From contig JAHPZE010000015.1 in the NCBI GenBank assembly GCA_019058365.1, forward strand, positions 1-64,000: a stretch of 64,000 bases of DNA. Direction: 5' to 3'. The position numbers and the translations under genes were made by a program. Positions 41,019 through 52,159 of this stretch are shown one piece after another (the stretch's first letter is position 1; each line of letters begins with the position of its first letter). The stretch comes from Promethearchaeota archaeon. GTDB lineage: Archaea > Asgardarchaeota > Lokiarchaeia > Sigyniarchaeales > SOKP01. The notes beneath the pieces were generated by a model. That model saw only the letters and a program-made list of their open reading frames with translations, was not told the origin of the DNA and ran no database searches.

Positions 41019-42314
41019 TTAACTCAGAATTAAAGTGTAAAGCATTGTATATCCTAATATTATTAAGAAATGAATTGTTGCGAAAAAAGCTCCATATTTT
41101 AGTAGGCGCTTGTAATCCAAATTTGCAACTCTATATTTTTTTGCCAATGATAGAGTGAGAAGATCACAAGCAGAACCTTGTGGTAAAAAGTTACCCGCCA
41201 TATTAACTCCACTTATGAAAGCAATGATGATCGGATTAGGAAAGAATCCATCTCCTATAAGAGCTGAAAAAATCGGGAGAAGGATGATGGTAACTGGTGT
41301 ACCTGCTAGAAATGCAGATAAGAGAGAAGAGATGGTTAATGTCATCAACACTGCGAGATAAATGTTATTATTTACAAAATTTACCAATCCTGTGGAGATC
41401 AACTCTGAAAAACCGAAGTATGATAAAGAATTCGAAAGAATGAATAGGATCGCAAATACAATGATAAGCCTCCACGAAATATCATTCTTAAGATCTGAGA
41501 AATTAGTTTCCTTTGAGTGAATTAGAAGAAGAATTGCTGCGGATATGGTCGCGACAAGTGCAGGCGTGAATCCTAAGACCATGAACACGAAAGTAGTTAA
41601 AACTGTAATAACTGTCATGAAAAAGTACTTTTTATTTTGGATCACAATTCTAGGGTCAAGTATCTCTAAAAGTATCTTCTTATTTCGTTCAGTTGGTTTT
41701 TCTTCCTTTTTTAAAATAAACCAATCCATCAAAAAAATGGTAAGCATTAATGTGATTAAAAACAAAATGCCCATATTGGCAAAGTACTCACCAAAACCCC
41801 ACCCAAATTCCTGACCTATAATTAAGTTTTTCAAGCTAGAAACAGGGGTTAGTATAGCACCAATATTTATCGTAATGGTCATCCCCATCATGTAGGTACC
41901 CGAAGGTATCTCTAAAACTCGGCAAGTCCTGTAGATCAATGGTATCAATATCAAAGAAAGAGTTAAATCCTCGATAAAGCCAACAATTATGCCTGTAAAC
42001 AGACAAATCAGATAAAAGAATAATCTGTTATTCCCCTTCGTTATATGAATCAATTTTATGGCGGTATATTCTAAAACTTGGTCATTAACTGCAAAGTAGA
42101 TAATTATTTGCATGGCAAATATGAAGATTAACGTGTTAAAATTGATAAATCCAAGTATATCGACCTCAGCAATATTACCAAAAGTAAGCATTGAAAGTAC
42201 TGCGATGACTCCTATGAGTAATGCAATAGGTAAATAATCGATCTTATTTTGGGAAAAAAAAGCCATCAAAATGGCAAATAATACTAAGATTATTATTATC
42301 GCAGATACGTTCAT
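41019..42314 (-). CDS. ArsB/NhaD/SLC13-family (IT superfamily) permease
   Basis: Many TM segments; NIGAILTPVSS..NLII and NMAGNFLPQGS repeats. Confidence 0.8.
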   Translation of the reverse strand: MNVSAIIIILVLFAILMAFFSQNKIDYLPIALLIGVIAVLSMLTFGNIAEVDILGFINFNTLIFIFAMQIIIYFAVNDQVLEYTAIKLIHITKGNNRLFFYLICLFTGIIVGFIEDLTLSLILIPLIYRTCRVLEIPSGTYMMGMTITINIGAILTPVSSLKNLIIGQEFGWGFGEYFANMGILFLITLMLTIFLMDWFILKKEEKPTERNKKILLEILDPRIVIQNKKYFFMTVITVLTTFVFMVLGFTPALVATISAAILLLIHSKETNFSDLKNDISWRLIIVFAILFILSNSLSYFGFSELISTGLVNFVNNNIYLAVLMTLTISSLLSAFLAGTPVTIILLPIFSALIGDGFFPNPIIIAFISGVNMAGNFLPQGSACDLLTLSLAKKYRVANLDYKRLLKYGAFFATIHFLIILGYTMLYTLILS

Positions 42315-42503
42315 TCAATAACAAGAAATGGTTTTTATTTTAAAAAGAATCACTTTGACTTAGAAATTCTAAAAAATAAAAGATTAGAGGAAAGTCATAT
42401 AAGATTTTGTGATTCTTGAAAATGTTTTATTTATAACATATAAAAATTTAAGATAAGAACTATTTTCAACTATTAGAGTAATCGAAATTATAAATCTTGA
42501 AAT

Positions 42504-43025
42504 ATGAATACTAATTTTTCTCAAGGAAAAAGTTGGATCATCTCAGCAATTAGTGATATAAAAATAGTTCTAAATAGCCTTAAAAATGAATATTACTCTC
42601 TCGTAGCATTTAGAAGTCAGTTTGCTGTAGAAAAATTAAATAAAGCAGTATTAAGTTTTATGGGACTGAAAATAGAAAAAACACATACTCCAACGAGCAT
42701 ATTAGAAGAAATACTTAATAGTAATTCTACTTTTAGTATTGATCAAGAAACAAGAAAGATAATTGAAAAAATTTCAACCTATTCAAAATTTTTTGAAAAT
42801 GAAGGAGTTCAAACAAGATATGGAACAATTAAGGATGATATATTAATCATCGCTGAAGAGATTTATCAATCTTTCGAAGATATTAAAATTTTCCTCATAA
42901 ATCTACAAAAAATTGTAAATTGCTATTTAAAACTTCTTAAGGAGAACCTGAATATAACAGAAAATGAATTTAAAGAGTTTAAACAATTAGAATTATTATC
43001 AGGAGAATTAAAGCAATGGATATAG
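42504..43025 (+). CDS. HEPN domain protein
   Basis: AFRSQFAVEKLNKA, KTH and TRY motifs; overlaps an MNT gene. Confidence 0.82.
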   Translation: MNTNFSQGKSWIISAISDIKIVLNSLKNEYYSLVAFRSQFAVEKLNKAVLSFMGLKIEKTHTPTSILEEILNSNSTFSIDQETRKIIEKISTYSKFFENEGVQTRYGTIKDDILIIAEEIYQSFEDIKIFLINLQKIVNCYLKLLKENLNITENEFKEFKQLELLSGELKQWI

Positions 43026-43504
43026 ATTTGAATTTTATAAAAAACGAGTATTTTTCCAAAAAAATAGAAAAATACTTACATCACTTATTTCAAGTAAATA
43101 AAGAAATAGTAGGAGTAATATTATTTGGCTCAATAGCAAGAGGAGATGCAACTTACTCGGAAGAAAAGATAAGTGACATTGATTTAATTATAATTTTTAG
43201 AGATAATGAACTTCCAGAACATTATAGAAAAAGAAATGATCTGAAATTTAAATTAATGCAATCAGCACCTTCAGGAGTAGATTCACTCTGGATGACAGAA
43301 AGAGAATTTTTAAATTTAGTTAAAATAAAAACCGATATAGTCTTATATGCTTTGGATGAGGGAAAAATGTTATATGATCCAGTAGGGTTGATAAAAAAAC
43401 AAAAAGATATTTTATTTAAAGAATTGAAAAAAAAAGGCGTTAAAAAAGAAAAACATTATTGGGTCTGGCCGATAAAAAGTTTTGGAGAAGAAATTGAATG
43501 GTAA
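43016..43504 (+). CDS. Minimal nucleotidyltransferase (MNT)
   Basis: ILFGSIARGD...SDIDL; EGKMLYD. Confidence 0.88.
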   Translation: MDIDLNFIKNEYFSKKIEKYLHHLFQVNKEIVGVILFGSIARGDATYSEEKISDIDLIIIFRDNELPEHYRKRNDLKFKLMQSAPSGVDSLWMTEREFLNLVKIKTDIVLYALDEGKMLYDPVGLIKKQKDILFKELKKKGVKKEKHYWVWPIKSFGEEIEW

Positions 43505-43625
43505 TGGATTTTTAATAAAATTTTTAAGATTTTTTTTAAAATTATATATAAATTAACTAGTTAAATTCTAAAATGAATGAGAAAATAAATTATATAAAAA
43601 AATATAAAAGAATTGAAATAAGAAA

Positions 43626-45173
43626 ATGTTAACATGTACTTTAGAGCAAGATGGAAAAAAGCGAATAGAGCATTTACTTGTAATTGATGCACATTCTCAT
43701 CTAGGGCAAGATGTTGATGGAGCTACAATGATGAATCCTTTAGCTCCAGGAGCAGGGACTTTCGATTTTTGGGGTAATGTCCAAGGCAGAATTAAGGCAG
43801 ATTGGGAGAAGACAGGGGAACAATCATTTACAACTACAATGGATGGGAAATTTACAAAAATCTCATGGTCATTCACTCCCTTTCCTTTTACAGATAGACT
43901 TTATACTGAACTTGAAAAGCTCGGAAAGAGTCATTCTGCTTTAAAAGCAAAATCTAAGTTTTACTCGTTCATAGATCAAGGTGTATGCTTTCCATTTCAA
44001 GACGTGTTTAGAGATAAACATCCCGAAGCGCTATATAGAGCAAGCAATATAAATATTTCACGTTTTACTACAAGATTCCCTTTTTCTATGAAATTAATTG
44101 GATATGGTCGCTGTGATCCAATGGAGGGACAAAAAGCTGTAAACGAAGTAAAGTATATAAGAGAAATATTAGGACTTCGAGGTTTAAAATTACATCCTCG
44201 ATCAGAAGGATATATAGATAAAATAACTTCTGTAAAAGTAGTTAATGTGCTTGTAGAAGCAGCCAGTTATTCTTTACCAGTTATTTTTGATACAAGAGGT
44301 CGGGGATCGATCTTAGAAATTGGTAAATTAATAAGATCTGCTAGAAATATAATTCAGTCCAAATATCCTGATTTATTACCTCATTTAAAAATTATTATAG
44401 CTCATTTTGCTCAAGGAAATATTGATGATTATGAAGTGTATAATACTATTGTTCAACCAAATACATACGGAGATCTTTCAATGTTGCATGGAGCAGGTGC
44501 AGGAAATTTCTTTGAAAGTTTTCGAAGATGGTTTCAATCCAATAACAAAAAAAGTGTAGATAATCGAGATTGGTCGGAATATATCTTGTTTGCTTCAGAT
44601 TTTCCCTACTTTGGAGATGCACATGCACAGAAACTAATGAAATATATTATTAATAAACAGTTCTTTGATACAGGGGGAACAATCGCGGATGTTAGAAATA
44701 TCGTTGGGTTAAATCAATTGAAAGTTTTACCAGAGTACAATCTTCCTCAAATTAAGAAAGAACAAAAAGTTACCCCTAGTTTAATCCTTTCTAACCCATT
44801 ATTTAATGAAAATAAGATGAGTACTTATGATATGTCCATAGTGGTTTTAGCAAAGTTAATTGTTGAGAATAAATTAGATATTAAAAAATTCTGTATTCAA
44901 TTCAAAGATTCTTGGGATTCTTTTAGCGAAGATATTTTATTAAGCATCATATCTAATAAGAATAAAAAAGAAATAAACTTATTATTGATGAATTTAGTGA
45001 AAGATCAGATTTCTCTTTTTGCACCATTGCAAGGCAATATTGAATGGAAAAAATTTGGATATAAATATTTTAATCCAGAAGACCGTGCTTTCTTTGCGTC
45101 AGTATTTAAACAAAATTATTTAGCTACAGATGTTCTAAAAACAGTAGAGACTTTTTCACATATATATACTTAG
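43626..45173 (+). CDS. Amidohydrolase family (Amidohydro_2) metal-dependent hydrolase with C-terminal extension
   Basis: IDAHSHLG, GLKLHP, IIAH, LFASDFP. Confidence 0.85.
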   Translation: MLTCTLEQDGKKRIEHLLVIDAHSHLGQDVDGATMMNPLAPGAGTFDFWGNVQGRIKADWEKTGEQSFTTTMDGKFTKISWSFTPFPFTDRLYTELEKLGKSHSALKAKSKFYSFIDQGVCFPFQDVFRDKHPEALYRASNINISRFTTRFPFSMKLIGYGRCDPMEGQKAVNEVKYIREILGLRGLKLHPRSEGYIDKITSVKVVNVLVEAASYSLPVIFDTRGRGSILEIGKLIRSARNIIQSKYPDLLPHLKIIIAHFAQGNIDDYEVYNTIVQPNTYGDLSMLHGAGAGNFFESFRRWFQSNNKKSVDNRDWSEYILFASDFPYFGDAHAQKLMKYIINKQFFDTGGTIADVRNIVGLNQLKVLPEYNLPQIKKEQKVTPSLILSNPLFNENKMSTYDMSIVVLAKLIVENKLDIKKFCIQFKDSWDSFSEDILLSIISNKNKKEINLLLMNLVKDQISLFAPLQGNIEWKKFGYKYFNPEDRAFFASVFKQNYLATDVLKTVETFSHIYT

Positions 45174-45335
45174 AATATTGAAATTCACTCTCAAAAAATT
45201 TTATTCTATTGCACAATAAATTATACTTAAAAAGAATATTAATGTCTTATTCAAAGAGATCTTATTTAATTTTCGTGTGATAGAAAGATATTATTTATTA
45301 ATTTTAGACATCATTTTTTAAAATTACTTAAGTTT

Positions 45336-46370
45336 TTAAGAAAATTGTTTTAATTTCTCTGATTTCTCATAGAACTCTCTCCCAAGTCGATCATCTCCAA
45401 TTTCAATGCATTTTTCAGCTAATTTTTCGAAAAGTAAAGCAGCATTAGAAAAATTTCCATTTTCTAACGCTGTTTCAACACTATTTACCAGATTTTCTCG
45501 TTCAAAAAGGGGTTTTAATAAGGGAGAGTCTTCAACACTCATTTCAAGAATATCTGCGATAATTCGAATCATTCTATCACGATTATTAGGATTGACAGCA
45601 ATCATAGAATACGCTTTAACACCAGTCATTCTTTCAATATCTTCAACTTTCACGGCTTCAGTTAAATCTTGCTTATTAGCTATTATTGCTGCATGAGCAT
45701 AAGGAGCCTCTTCAGTAATTAACTCCAAAAAAGATCTACTTCTTTCAATATTATTAAGTGTTGAATCAGTAATTAATAAGACAGCATCACTGCCTTTAAT
45801 AAATTTGTTCCAAAGAATGCTAAATTGTTCTTGACCAGCGAAGTCCCATAAATAAAACACTAAATTTCCAATTTTGATTGTTGCTATCTCACCATTAATA
45901 GTAGGAATATGCTGTAGTGGAATTTCTTTTGCTTTAATCAATTGAGTAATTGTGGTTTTACCTACACCAGAGTATCCAACAAGAGAAATTTTTGGTTTGA
46001 GATTTCTATGAAATCCATCAATGATAGAATCTAAAACATTAAAAATAGCATTATCTTTAATCGTATGAATTGTATCTCCAAATAAACTTAAAAATTCCAT
46101 TTTTAATCTATATAATTCTGATTGAACTCTATTATAATCGTCGCTTAATGCAGATATAAAAACAAAAATTAAATTTAGCTCTTTTTCAGTAATGTAAGAT
46201 ATTTTATATTTAAAATAATCATAAGTTCCAAACTCTTTACCTATTCTTGAAAAAGAAGCATTACTAATATCTGAAACAACATTTTTAAATTCCACATCTC
46301 TTAATGCTTTTGCGTAATCTCTCCTATATAATACGGTTCCATTCTTGATTACAAAAACTTGTCTAAGCAT
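45336..46370 (-). CDS. Longin-like domain + small GTPase + C-terminal helical domain
   Basis: MLRQVFVIKNG...LIFVF N-terminus; GYSGVGKTT, PT, WDFAGQE, ANKQD. Confidence 0.88.
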   Translation of the reverse strand: MLRQVFVIKNGTVLYRRDYAKALRDVEFKNVVSDISNASFSRIGKEFGTYDYFKYKISYITEKELNLIFVFISALSDDYNRVQSELYRLKMEFLSLFGDTIHTIKDNAIFNVLDSIIDGFHRNLKPKISLVGYSGVGKTTITQLIKAKEIPLQHIPTINGEIATIKIGNLVFYLWDFAGQEQFSILWNKFIKGSDAVLLITDSTLNNIERSRSFLELITEEAPYAHAAIIANKQDLTEAVKVEDIERMTGVKAYSMIAVNPNNRDRMIRIIADILEMSVEDSPLLKPLFERENLVNSVETALENGNFSNAALLFEKLAEKCIEIGDDRLGREFYEKSEKLKQFS

Positions 46371-46412
46371 AGTTTTATCTCAATATTTCAAACCGAAATT
46401 ATCAAATATTTT

Positions 46413-47345
46413 TTACGTTCTCCGGATTTTATAATAATTTTCAATTTTCAACTTTATTTTTTCTTTTAAATTAGATATTTCATCAGTTTTATTATTTTCT
46501 GAAAAAATAATCAATTTTTTAAGTTCGGGATTTATAATTTCAAGATCACCAACAATTAATTTTAGAATTTCAACTCCAGAACTAATAGATTGAATATTTC
46601 TCTTAATATCATAATTACCGTCAATGGTTCTTATATAATAGGAAATTACAAAATAAATTTTATAAATTAGTTCTGTGTTAAAATCATTAGTCATCGATTG
46701 TACAATAATATAATTTTTGCTGTTAGTAATAAAACAAATCAAATTGGTAAAATTTTTGATATTTTCATCAATAATTATCTTTAAATTCTTAGAATCCTGT
46801 GATAGATTACTCAATATCTCCGAAAAAGCATTAAATATAGTGTAATCTATTTCTGGATAGATACTTGTAAAATAGAAAGGTATTTCTATTGGTAGAGTAA
46901 ATCGACTTTTTATACCTCTCTTCATTAAATGGAAATTATCACTAACTTTTTGGTTAATTAAATCAATCTTATGAAAAAGAATTACCAGATTATTTTCATT
47001 GTTCCTAACTTTCAAAATTTCGAAGATAAGCTTTACTTCTTTAATAATTTCTTGGGAATTTTGTATCCATATTGGATAATCTAAGATATAAATAACAACG
47101 CCAGCATTTTGAAAAGCTTTTATCTGATCATTTTCGTCTAATAATAAAAAAGGTAACTCTTGCCCAGAAGTGTCAAATATACTTAATTCTATATCCATCC
47201 ATGAATATGACCTTTGAATTATTCCGCGTGTAGGTTCGAGAGGATTTAGCATAAGATCAGCGGGATTTCCTCCTTCAAATAAAAGATTAAGAATACTTGT
47301 TTTACCTACTCCAGCTCTTCCTATTAAAGTTATTTTTTCAGGCAT
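46413..47345 (-). CDS. Rag/Gtr-like small GTPase with C-terminal roadblock/longin-like domain
   Basis: GRAGVGKTS, LEPT, DTSGQE, FHKIDL and FTSI: the HKxD and TSI signature of Rag GTPases. Confidence 0.85.
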   Translation of the reverse strand: MPEKITLIGRAGVGKTSILNLLFEGGNPADLMLNPLEPTRGIIQRSYSWMDIELSIFDTSGQELPFLLLDENDQIKAFQNAGVVIYILDYPIWIQNSQEIIKEVKLIFEILKVRNNENNLVILFHKIDLINQKVSDNFHLMKRGIKSRFTLPIEIPFYFTSIYPEIDYTIFNAFSEILSNLSQDSKNLKIIIDENIKNFTNLICFITNSKNYIIVQSMTNDFNTELIYKIYFVISYYIRTIDGNYDIKRNIQSISSGVEILKLIVGDLEIINPELKKLIIFSENNKTDEISNLKEKIKLKIENYYKIRRT

Positions 47346-47386
47346 TTTGTTATAAATAAGTTTTTTTTCAATAAGTACACAAAATT

Positions 47387-48196
47387 TTAAATTATAAAGT
47401 ATTGATCAATTACTTCTTCAAATTCGAAAAATTGGGTTAATTCGCCATTGAAATTTTTAAGCTCAATTCTAGTATCAAATTTTTCTATAAATTCGTCGGA
47501 TATTATTTGCATATATCTTTTGAATGTTTTTGGTATTTCTCCTCTTTCAATTAAGTAGGCAAATATAGCGTTTTTTTTTATATTCAAATAAAAATTTTGA
47601 TTTCCAAAATTTATTTGTCTAAGAGTTATACCTGGTTCTTTACGCATCATTTCTCTTGAAAAGGTTAAAATAGCTGAAATAAAACCACTTATAGGTAACT
47701 CACATTCAATAAGCTTTTTTTCTTCTTTATTTATCTTCGAGAGTAATAAATGCCCTGCTATTCCAATAATGAATAATGCTAATACTCCTTTGAATTTTGG
47801 GATATTAATCTTGTTATAACAAATATCTTTTATAGTTGAGATGGCCTCATGTTGACATAAACTATCATATAATTGCCGAGAAAGATTATATAATTCTGAA
47901 AAATTCAATATTTTCTCTTTTTTATCTAAATATATGACACATATAATTTCATCTTGTTCATTATAAAAGTAATGAATGTATAAAGTAAAATTTGAGATTA
48001 TATCAATTAAAATACCTTCTTTTTTTGTTAAAATTTTTTCTATATTTTTATTAATTATATTTCTAATTAGTTGGATACCTATTCCCTTTTGAAAAATAAT
48101 TTCTATTTCTCTTTTTGAACTAATACCTAGGATTTTTACTAATCCAATTCCTAAGAGTTCTATTGAATTCGTATTATATTTTACTGCTGAAATCAT
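47387..48196 (-). CDS. Hypothetical protein with longin-like domain(s)
   Basis: LFIIGIAGHLL...ISGFISAILTFSREM...LRQI...EFIEKF...FNG..QF..F..VIDQYF longin pattern. Confidence 0.7.
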   Translation of the reverse strand: MISAVKYNTNSIELLGIGLVKILGISSKREIEIIFQKGIGIQLIRNIINKNIEKILTKKEGILIDIISNFTLYIHYFYNEQDEIICVIYLDKKEKILNFSELYNLSRQLYDSLCQHEAISTIKDICYNKINIPKFKGVLALFIIGIAGHLLLSKINKEEKKLIECELPISGFISAILTFSREMMRKEPGITLRQINFGNQNFYLNIKKNAIFAYLIERGEIPKTFKRYMQIISDEFIEKFDTRIELKNFNGELTQFFEFEEVIDQYFII

Positions 48197-48636
48197 TTAA
48201 GTTCTCTGGATATAATTTTGGTAATTTTACACTTTCTTGCTAAATTTACTATTGATTTTTCTTCCAAAAAACGCTTTTTTTAATATATTTTTTAATGTAA
48301 TTAGGATCTAATTCTTATAAACATAATATAAAAAAGGTTCTTTTTTAATCTTTGCTTCCCATAAAAAATTATTTATTGCCTAATATTTTATAACTTAGAA
48401 CTTATTAGATTTAAATTCATTTTTTTTGTACCCTTTATTCAATTTAAGGTTAAAATATTTATATGAATTCTATTATTTTATGTTTATATTTAAGTTATAA
48501 TTTTGATTTTAAAAATTCTGATTTAGAAAAGGACATTAAAAATAAATTTAAGATTGAATCTATTCATAATGATATTTACCTAGATTTGAAATTCTCAATT
48601 GTTAATTACATATTATAATTTATATGGTTAAATATA

Positions 48637-49770
48637 ATGAATAAAGAAGTAATTCAAATCCTGCTAATCGAAGATAATCCTGGAGATGCTCGGCTTATCC
48701 AAGAATTTCTTAAGGATTCCAAAAAAGTTGATTTTATAATAAAAAATCATGAAACTCTTAGTGAAGGATTAGAAGAGTTATTAAATAATAAATTTGACAT
48801 TATTTTATTAGACCTTAATCTCCCTGACAGTTCTGGGTATGATACTGTGAAAATTATATATGAAAAAATAAAGTTTATTCCTATTATTATACTTACTGGA
48901 AGAGATGATGAAGAATTAGCATTGAATTCTTTAAAATTCGGAATACAGGATTATTTAATTAAAGGAAAAATAGATCCAATTCTATTAGAACGATCTATTC
49001 TCTATACAATTGAGAGATATCATTATATTGAAGCATTCAAACTATCAGAAGAAAAAATTCGTGGAGAATTAAATCGTACAAATTTTTATAAAGATTTGTT
49101 TATCCATGATATAAATGATATCTTTCAAGGGATAATGTCGGCAACCCAGATTTATAATATGCAACTTAAAAATCCTGAAACTAGTAATTATATTATTGAT
49201 ATTAACGAGATCATTGAAAATCAAATTAAAAGAGGAGCAAAATTAATTTCAAATGTAAGAAAACTCTCTCAACTTGAAGAAACTGAAATAGTTCTTAAAC
49301 CCGTTTTAGTATATAATTTTGTATTAAGATCAATTAAAACATTATTAGATACACACAAAAATCAAATAATTAATTCCCAAGTAATTTCACCCCATAATAA
49401 CCTAAGTGTACTTGCTAATGATGATTTAGAAGAAGTATTTGATAATATTTTAATAAATGCTGTAAGACATAATGAGAATCCAATAATAGAGATCATAATC
49501 AAAATTTCTAGATCAACATTAGATAAGATAAATTATATTAAAATTGAATTTATAGATAATGGAATAGGTATCGAAGATTCAAGAAAAGAATCAATTTTTT
49601 TAAGGGGGACTACGAAAGATACTTATAAAGGTGGTCTAGGTTTGGGATTATCTCTTGTTAGTAAAATTATTGAGAGTTATAAAGGTAGAATTTGGGTGGA
49701 AGATCGAATTGAGGGAGATTATTCTCAGGGAAGTAATTTTGTTATGTTAATTCCTGCTTCTGGAGAATAA
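48637..49770 (+). CDS. Hybrid response regulator/histidine kinase (REC-HisKA-HATPase)
   Basis: LLIEDNPGD, LLDLNLPD; HDIND H-box, NILINA, DNGIGI, GLGLGL. Confidence 0.92.
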   Translation: MNKEVIQILLIEDNPGDARLIQEFLKDSKKVDFIIKNHETLSEGLEELLNNKFDIILLDLNLPDSSGYDTVKIIYEKIKFIPIIILTGRDDEELALNSLKFGIQDYLIKGKIDPILLERSILYTIERYHYIEAFKLSEEKIRGELNRTNFYKDLFIHDINDIFQGIMSATQIYNMQLKNPETSNYIIDINEIIENQIKRGAKLISNVRKLSQLEETEIVLKPVLVYNFVLRSIKTLLDTHKNQIINSQVISPHNNLSVLANDDLEEVFDNILINAVRHNENPIIEIIIKISRSTLDKINYIKIEFIDNGIGIEDSRKESIFLRGTTKDTYKGGLGLGLSLVSKIIESYKGRIWVEDRIEGDYSQGSNFVMLIPASGE

Positions 49771-49912
49771 TGATATTTAGTAGTGTACCTTTTTTTGTGT
49801 CTATGTCTATAATAATTATTAAAAATAAAAAACATATATACAGTTTTATAGAATCAATTTCTCTTTTTAAAAATAATATATTTTCAAATTAAGATAAGAA
49901 CAACATTTTTTG

Positions 49913-52141
49913 TTAATTAGTTTCAGAATTTTTAGGAATAGTAAAAAAAAAAGTAGAACCCTTATTTACTTGGCTGGTAAACCAGATTTCTCCTCCATGA
50001 AGTTGTACTAATCGTTTTGTAAGTGCTAAACCTAATCCCGTCCCAGGAATTTTTTTTTTCATTTTATGTTCTATCCTTCCAAATTCCTTGAAGATAACAT
50101 GATAATCTTCTTGAGCAATCCCAACTCCTGTATCTTCAATTTGAAACTCCCAATGATTATTTTTATCAATGCATCTAAAAATTATTTTTCCTTTTTCTGT
50201 GAATTTTATTGCATTATTAAGAAGATTAAATAAAATTTGTTTGAACCTTAATGGATCCGCTCTTATATATATATCATCACTAATACCTTCTGAATGATAG
50301 CTTACTCCTTTCTCAATAAATAAATAGTTTACAATAGAAATCAATTCTTTCATCATTGAAATTAATTGAAAAGTTTCAAAATTCAATTCAAATTTACCGA
50401 CTTCAATTAAGGATAAATCTAAAGTTGATTCAGTTAGTTTTTTCAAATGATTAGCTTCTGAGTTAATATCCTTTAAAGTCTCTAATTGTTCCTTATTTAA
50501 TTCTCCATAAGCTCCTTCTAATAATAAATCTGTAAATCCTGAAATCACATTTAAGGGTGTTCTTAATTCATGAGACATTGTTGCCATAAATTTCACCTTA
50601 AATTCCAGTGAGTTAATTAATTGGTCTAATAATTTTTCGCGATTCCTCTCATAATTCTTTCTTTCTGTGATATCAGAAAAAAAAGATTGAATAATCATAT
50701 TATCAGCGATTTTTATAATAGTTGATGTTACTTCTACATCAATTAATTTTCCATCCTTTCTTTGAATTGATATTTCTAAATTATTGAGTTCTGATGAATT
50801 ATATAAATCTTCATTATAATGCTTATCAATAATTTCTGTATATTCCGAGTCAAATATGTCATGAATCTTAAAATTCAATAGCTCATCTTCACGATATTTA
50901 AATAAATTTATAGATTCTTGGTTAACCCGTAAAATTTTCCCACTTATATCGATTAAAAGTATTGCTAAGGGCGCATCTTCTATTAATGCATTCATTTCAT
51001 GGAGAGTCTGTTCCAATCTTCTTACTTCTTGCTCTGATTGTTTAATTTCAGTTATATCTTGAATTAATATATAAATCAGCTTTTTATTGTCAAAATCCAT
51101 CAAGGAAAATCTAAGTATACTCCAAATTGAATTTTTATTTTTCTTTTTAATTTTTAATTGTACTGGTTCTGGTATTTCTCCTTCTTGTAAAATCTTAAAT
51201 GCGTTTTTAAATAGAGCAATGTTTTTTTTTGAAATTAATGGAGTATTTGTATAACACTTGTATAAAATTTCATCTTTGCCATATCCTATTAATTTCTCTA
51301 ACATTGAATTACAGTCTAGGAAGATTCCATCCATATTCACAATAAGAATAGGATATGGCGAATTTTCAAACAAATCTCTGTATTTCTTTTCACTTTCTTT
51401 TAACTTTTCCTCAAATTTTTTTCGTTCAGATATATCTCGAAGCGTTAAAAGATAAGCAGGTTCATTGTCCCATTCAATTTTTACTGCTTGAATCTCTCCA
51501 GTTAAAATTACTCCGTCTTTTTGTGCTATTGAAATTTCATTTTTTTCTCCATCTCTTTTTGGTAAATAAAAAAATAATCCAATAATTTCATTAATTTTTT
51601 TATTAAGATATCTTTCAGCAGCAGGATTTAAGAACTTTACTTTACCAGATTTATCAATGATAATAATACTATCAGCATTCTCTTCAATTATCTTTCGAAA
51701 ACGAGCTTCAGTTTCTTGTAATGATTTTGTCAATGAATCCATCGCCAAAATTATCTTATACCTATCTATAGAGTGCAATATCGCCCGGATAAGAGGATTA
51801 CCTTCTATTTCCCCTTTAATTAAATAATCTTGAGCGCCTGTTTGAACTGCTTTCCGCGCTAAAATTTCATCGTTAAGCCCTGTTATAACAATTATTGGTA
51901 TTTTCTTTACTTTTTCCCTTGTCCGTAGAACTGTTTCAAATCCATCACTATCTGGAAGCTTTAAATCTAACAAAATAACATCGAACTCTCTTTCTTCAAT
52001 AAATTTTAATCCATCTGAAAGCGTTTCAGCATTCCATAAATCAAAATTAAAACTTGTTACTTGGTTAAGTAATTCTTTTATTAATCGAGCATCACCAGGA
52101 TTATCTTCGATTAATAATATTTTTAAATTATTATTCACCAT
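49913..52141 (-). CDS. REC + 3 PAS + histidine kinase
   Basis: REC N-terminus; PAS ends DISERK, DITEIK, DITERK; SHELRTPL, NLLNNAIKF, DTGVGI, GTGLGL. Confidence 0.92.
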   Translation of the reverse strand: MVNNNLKILLIEDNPGDARLIKELLNQVTSFNFDLWNAETLSDGLKFIEEREFDVILLDLKLPDSDGFETVLRTREKVKKIPIIVITGLNDEILARKAVQTGAQDYLIKGEIEGNPLIRAILHSIDRYKIILAMDSLTKSLQETEARFRKIIEENADSIIIIDKSGKVKFLNPAAERYLNKKINEIIGLFFYLPKRDGEKNEISIAQKDGVILTGEIQAVKIEWDNEPAYLLTLRDISERKKFEEKLKESEKKYRDLFENSPYPILIVNMDGIFLDCNSMLEKLIGYGKDEILYKCYTNTPLISKKNIALFKNAFKILQEGEIPEPVQLKIKKKNKNSIWSILRFSLMDFDNKKLIYILIQDITEIKQSEQEVRRLEQTLHEMNALIEDAPLAILLIDISGKILRVNQESINLFKYREDELLNFKIHDIFDSEYTEIIDKHYNEDLYNSSELNNLEISIQRKDGKLIDVEVTSTIIKIADNMIIQSFFSDITERKNYERNREKLLDQLINSLEFKVKFMATMSHELRTPLNVISGFTDLLLEGAYGELNKEQLETLKDINSEANHLKKLTESTLDLSLIEVGKFELNFETFQLISMMKELISIVNYLFIEKGVSYHSEGISDDIYIRADPLRFKQILFNLLNNAIKFTEKGKIIFRCIDKNNHWEFQIEDTGVGIAQEDYHVIFKEFGRIEHKMKKKIPGTGLGLALTKRLVQLHGGEIWFTSQVNKGSTFFFTIPKNSETN

Positions 52142-52159
52142 TTAATCACCAATTTATTA

